Shown here: positions 61,165 through 64,000 of the stretch, one piece after another
Layout: the number at the start of each line of letters is the position of its first letter
Numbering within the stretch: position 1 is the stretch's first letter
From: Vannielia sp.
GTDB taxonomy: Bacteria; Pseudomonadota; Alphaproteobacteria; Rhodobacterales; Rhodobacteraceae
Reading direction: 5' to 3'
Length of the DNA: 64,000 nucleotides
Assembly (NCBI RefSeq): GCF_029212645.1
Contig: NZ_JARGND010000003.1
Span: 61,741 to 125,740, forward strand
Translations under genes and position numbers: made by a program
The notes under the pieces: generated by a model
What the model was told of the DNA's origin: nothing
What the model saw: only the letters and a program-made list of their open reading frames with translations
The model's database searches: none

Positions 61165-61668
61165 ATGATCGGTGTGGAATGGGTGCGCCTGATGGCGCGG
61201 TATAACAGTTGGCAGAACGGGCAGGTGATGGCGGTGGTCAAACGGCTGCCCGAGGCAGAGCTGGTGGCGGATCGGGGGGCGTTTTTTGGCTCGATTTTGA
61301 GCACGCTCAACCATCTGGTCTGGGCGGATCAGCTTTGGATGCAGCGGTTTGACGGCGGTGAGGGGCCGCAGGTGCCGCCGGAAGACAGCACCCGATGCTG
61401 CCCCACGGCGGCGGCTTGGGAGGCAGAGCGGTTTCGGCTGGATGGGCGCATTCGGGTGTGGGCGGCGGGGCTGCGCGAGATTGATCTTCGCGGTGATCTG
61501 CAATGGCGGTCGGTGTCGGCAGGGCAGGAGTTTCGCAAGCCGATCGGGGTGTGTGTGACCCAGCTTTTCAACCATCAGACTCACCATCGCGGGCAGGTTC
61601 ACGCGATGCTGACCTCGATCGGCTCGGACCCCGGCGTGACCGATCTGCCGTTTTTGCCCGGAGAATAG
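61165..61668 (+). CDS. DinB/YfiT-family protein
   Basis: MARYNSWQN, FFGSI..TLNH, FNHQTHHRGQ. Confidence 0.9.
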   Translation: MIGVEWVRLMARYNSWQNGQVMAVVKRLPEAELVADRGAFFGSILSTLNHLVWADQLWMQRFDGGEGPQVPPEDSTRCCPTAAAWEAERFRLDGRIRVWAAGLREIDLRGDLQWRSVSAGQEFRKPIGVCVTQLFNHQTHHRGQVHAMLTSIGSDPGVTDLPFLPGE

Positions 61669-61977
61669 GCGGTTTTCGCCGTTTGCGCGCGAAGCGGCGC
61701 GATGAATTTGGGTGGGGCGCAGCACAATTCAAGGCACACATTTGATGACACCCTGAAACCCATGCGGAGGTGACGTATGGGTAAGGGTAAATCTGTTGAA
61801 ATCATTGGATAAACCTCGGGCGCCTTCCCGCTCATGTGTTTGCGGTAACACGGAAACCCCGCTCACGTTTTCGTATGCGTTTCGTGTCATTACAAAGGCG
61901 CGAAAACACACCATTTATCAGCTCAGGCCGCGCACCCAAGTCGCCGCGGGTCACCCTCACCTGAAGGATGAGTTGAT

Positions 61978-62814
61978 ATGAAAACGATGATGAAATCCAC
62001 CCTGTCGGCCCTCGCGCTGGCATCCATTTCGAGCTTTGCTGCGGGGGCTGCGCTGGCTCAGACCACCACCTTTGACAACCGCGATGCGGCTGCCGATGCA
62101 GTGGAAGATCTGCAAGAAGACATCGAAGACGATTACGAGCGCGACGTGACCTTTGGCAACATGGGCCGCAAGATTGGCTTTGACGGCTCGGTCGCCCTGC
62201 GCGCTGCTGCCGAAGATGGCAACTCTGACAGCTTTGACATGGGCATCGGCTCGAACCTTGGCTATTACGATGGCACCAATGGCTATGAGCTCAACATGCT
62301 CTACAGCTACGGCGAAGCCAATGGCGTGACAGACACCGAGAGCCTGCTCTACAGCCTTGAATACACTCGTGATTTTGGTGGTCGCTGGTATGGCTACGCC
62401 GAGATCCAAGGCTCGCAGGACGATTTTGCGAGCTACACCCGCGACACCTTTGCCGGGTTTGGCGTGGGCTATAAAGCGGTCGAGAATGACAACCTGTCCT
62501 GGTATGTGTCGGCTGGCCCCGGCTACCGTTGGGCTGAGCTGAGCGATGGCTCCGAGTTTGACGAAAGCGCCGTGAGCCTTGGCTCCAACCTGTCGACCCG
62601 GATCACCGATACGGTGTTCCTGACCAACGACACCGATTTCATCTTCTCGGAGAGTGACACGGTGATCTACAACGACTTCGGCGTGAACGTGAAGATGAGC
62701 GACGCGCTGGCCCTGCGGACTTCGATCGGCACCGAGTACCACACCGATCCGCTGCCGGGTGACGACTCCACCGACAACACCTTTGGTGTGTCGCTGGTCT
62801 ACTCGCTGAACTAA
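61978..62814 (+). CDS. DUF481 (YdiY-like) outer-membrane beta-barrel protein
   Basis: Signal peptide; amphipathic strands; GPGYR; C-terminal GVSLVYSLN. Confidence 0.85.
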   Translation: MKTMMKSTLSALALASISSFAAGAALAQTTTFDNRDAAADAVEDLQEDIEDDYERDVTFGNMGRKIGFDGSVALRAAAEDGNSDSFDMGIGSNLGYYDGTNGYELNMLYSYGEANGVTDTESLLYSLEYTRDFGGRWYGYAEIQGSQDDFASYTRDTFAGFGVGYKAVENDNLSWYVSAGPGYRWAELSDGSEFDESAVSLGSNLSTRITDTVFLTNDTDFIFSESDTVIYNDFGVNVKMSDALALRTSIGTEYHTDPLPGDDSTDNTFGVSLVYSLN

Positions 62815-62842
62815 ATCGCTCGGATTTCCCTCCTAAGCGACG

Positions 62843-62872
62843 AAGGCCCGCGCCGAAAGGTGCGGGCCTTTT
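62843..62872. terminator. Rho-independent terminator
   Basis: AAGGCCCGCGCC-GAAA-GGTGCGGGCCTTTT between convergent genes. Confidence 0.85.
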
Positions 62873-62876
62873 GCGT

Positions 62877-63515
62877 TCAGGGGGCTTGGGTGGCCAGCGC
62901 GGTGGCCAGATCGCCGTAGCCGGTGAAGCGGCGCTCAAACGCAAGGCCAAGAGTGGCGGCGTGGGTTTTGGCCTTGGCTGTCAGGGCCGGGTCATCGACC
63001 TGGGCGAGGTAGACCAGCTTGGTATAGTTGCCAAAGTAGATGTCGCGCAGCTCGGGGTGGCGATCAAGGCCGAGGGGTTTGGTGACGAAAGCATCAAACT
63101 GGCGGGTGAGAAAATCGGTCAGGTAGAAGGCGGTGACCTCGTCTTCATGCTGGGCGAACGTCGCGTTGCCCTCAAAGAAGCTGTAGCAATGCGGGCCGGC
63201 GATCATCTCGACGCCAAGTGCCTCGCAGCGGGCCTGAAGCAGGCCGCCGGTGCCGCAATCGGCGTAGACGATATAGATGGTTTCATAGGCGTCGCGGTGC
63301 TTGGTGACGGCGGCTTCCACCGCGTCGGGGATCGCCTCGGGGCGGTTGTGCAGGATGGCGGGCAGGCAGGTGAGGGACATGTGCTGCCAGCCATTGGCCT
63401 CGATCAGGGCCAGAATTTCACGCGCCAATGCCCCGCAGGCGACGAGCAGAATGCGGCCCTTTTCGGGGGCGGCGAGGCCGGTTTCGGTGAGGGTGCTGTC
63501 AGATGGCAGAGACAT
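62877..63515 (-). CDS. DUF1638-family protein
   Basis: LVACGALARE, LPA.LHN.P, YADCGTGG, HCYSFF, FYLTDFL. Confidence 0.88.
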   Translation of the reverse strand: MSLPSDSTLTETGLAAPEKGRILLVACGALAREILALIEANGWQHMSLTCLPAILHNRPEAIPDAVEAAVTKHRDAYETIYIVYADCGTGGLLQARCEALGVEMIAGPHCYSFFEGNATFAQHEDEVTAFYLTDFLTRQFDAFVTKPLGLDRHPELRDIYFGNYTKLVYLAQVDDPALTAKAKTHAATLGLAFERRFTGYGDLATALATQAP

Positions 63516-63583
63516 GGCGCGGCGGCTCCTTCTGGGGGCAGGGGTGGGGTTTATTGGCGGGGGTTGTCAAGGTGGGGTGGTTA

Positions 63584-63646
63584 TTGACCGCGGTCATTTT
63601 GGTAAGTAATTGACCGTGGTCGATAATGAAATTGACCATGGTCGAT
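63584..63646. promoter_or_regulatory. Three palindromic TetR operator sites TTGACCnnGGTC
   Basis: TTGACCGCGGTCA (63584), TTGACCGTGGTCGAT (63610), TTGACCATGGTCGAT (63632). Confidence 0.75.
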
Positions 63647-63666
63647 AAACCTGCGAAATCCCCGGC

Positions 63667-64000
63667 ATGATCAAGGACCGCAGACAGCCCAAAACCCAAA
63701 GCCGCACCCTGCGGACCCGCGCCAAGCTGATCGCAACCGCAGAAGCCCTTGTGACAGCAGACGGATTTGCCGCGCTTAGGGTTGAGCAGGTGGTGCAGGG
63801 GGCGGGGGTGGCCAAGGGCACCTTCTTTGCGCATTTCCCCGACAAGGACGCGCTGATGGAGCGGCTGATTGCGGCGCGGCTGGACGCGGCGCTTGACCGG
63901 CTTGATCCGGCGCAGCGCCCCGAAAGCCCAGACGCACTGGTGGAGGCGCTGGCCCTGTTTATCAAAGGCGCGACCGCTGAGCGCTATGTGCTCGATCTGG
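63667..64000 (+). CDS. TetR-family transcriptional regulator, 3' truncated by window edge
   Basis: TRAKLIATAEAL...GF..LRVEQVVQGAGVAKGTFFAHFPDKDALM HTH. Confidence 0.9.
   Translation, partial: MIKDRRQPKTQSRTLRTRAKLIATAEALVTADGFAALRVEQVVQGAGVAKGTFFAHFPDKDALMERLIAARLDAALDRLDPAQRPESPDALVEALALFIKGATAERYVLDL

Overview
High-GC alphaproteobacterial chromosomal segment. The gene order (liu - nuo - birA/coaX/rnj; fbpC-like - tatABC - DUF815; nlpD-pcm-surE) is typical of Rhodobacteraceae/Roseobacteraceae. Most of the window is core metabolism: leucine catabolism genes, a complete nuoA-N operon with about 14 interspersed accessory ORFs, birA, coaX, rnj, a DEAD-box helicase, prfC, tatABC and surE-pcm-nlpD. 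Two accessory blocks stand out. (1) At 35.4-43.9 kb, an IclR-led operon encodes a crotonase-fold enzyme lacking the second catalytic Glu, a split B12-dependent acyl-CoA mutase, a family III CoA-transferase, a MeaB chaperone and a TAXI-TRAP transporter. The mutase keeps the dicarboxylate-binding Tyr/Arg but has Ala at the conserved GYH tyrosine, which suggests an uncharacterised pathway for a substituted succinate or branched dicarboxylate. (2) At 52.2-54.8 kb, an orphan three-gene injection-system effector module encodes a PAAR-TM helix-papain/C39-like peptidase, a candidate exported immunity protein and a degenerate FHA-DUF1795/DcrB-like chaperone fusion. No rRNA, tRNA, CRISPR array, integrase or transposase was recognised. 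All family calls come from recognising motifs by eye, not from database searches.
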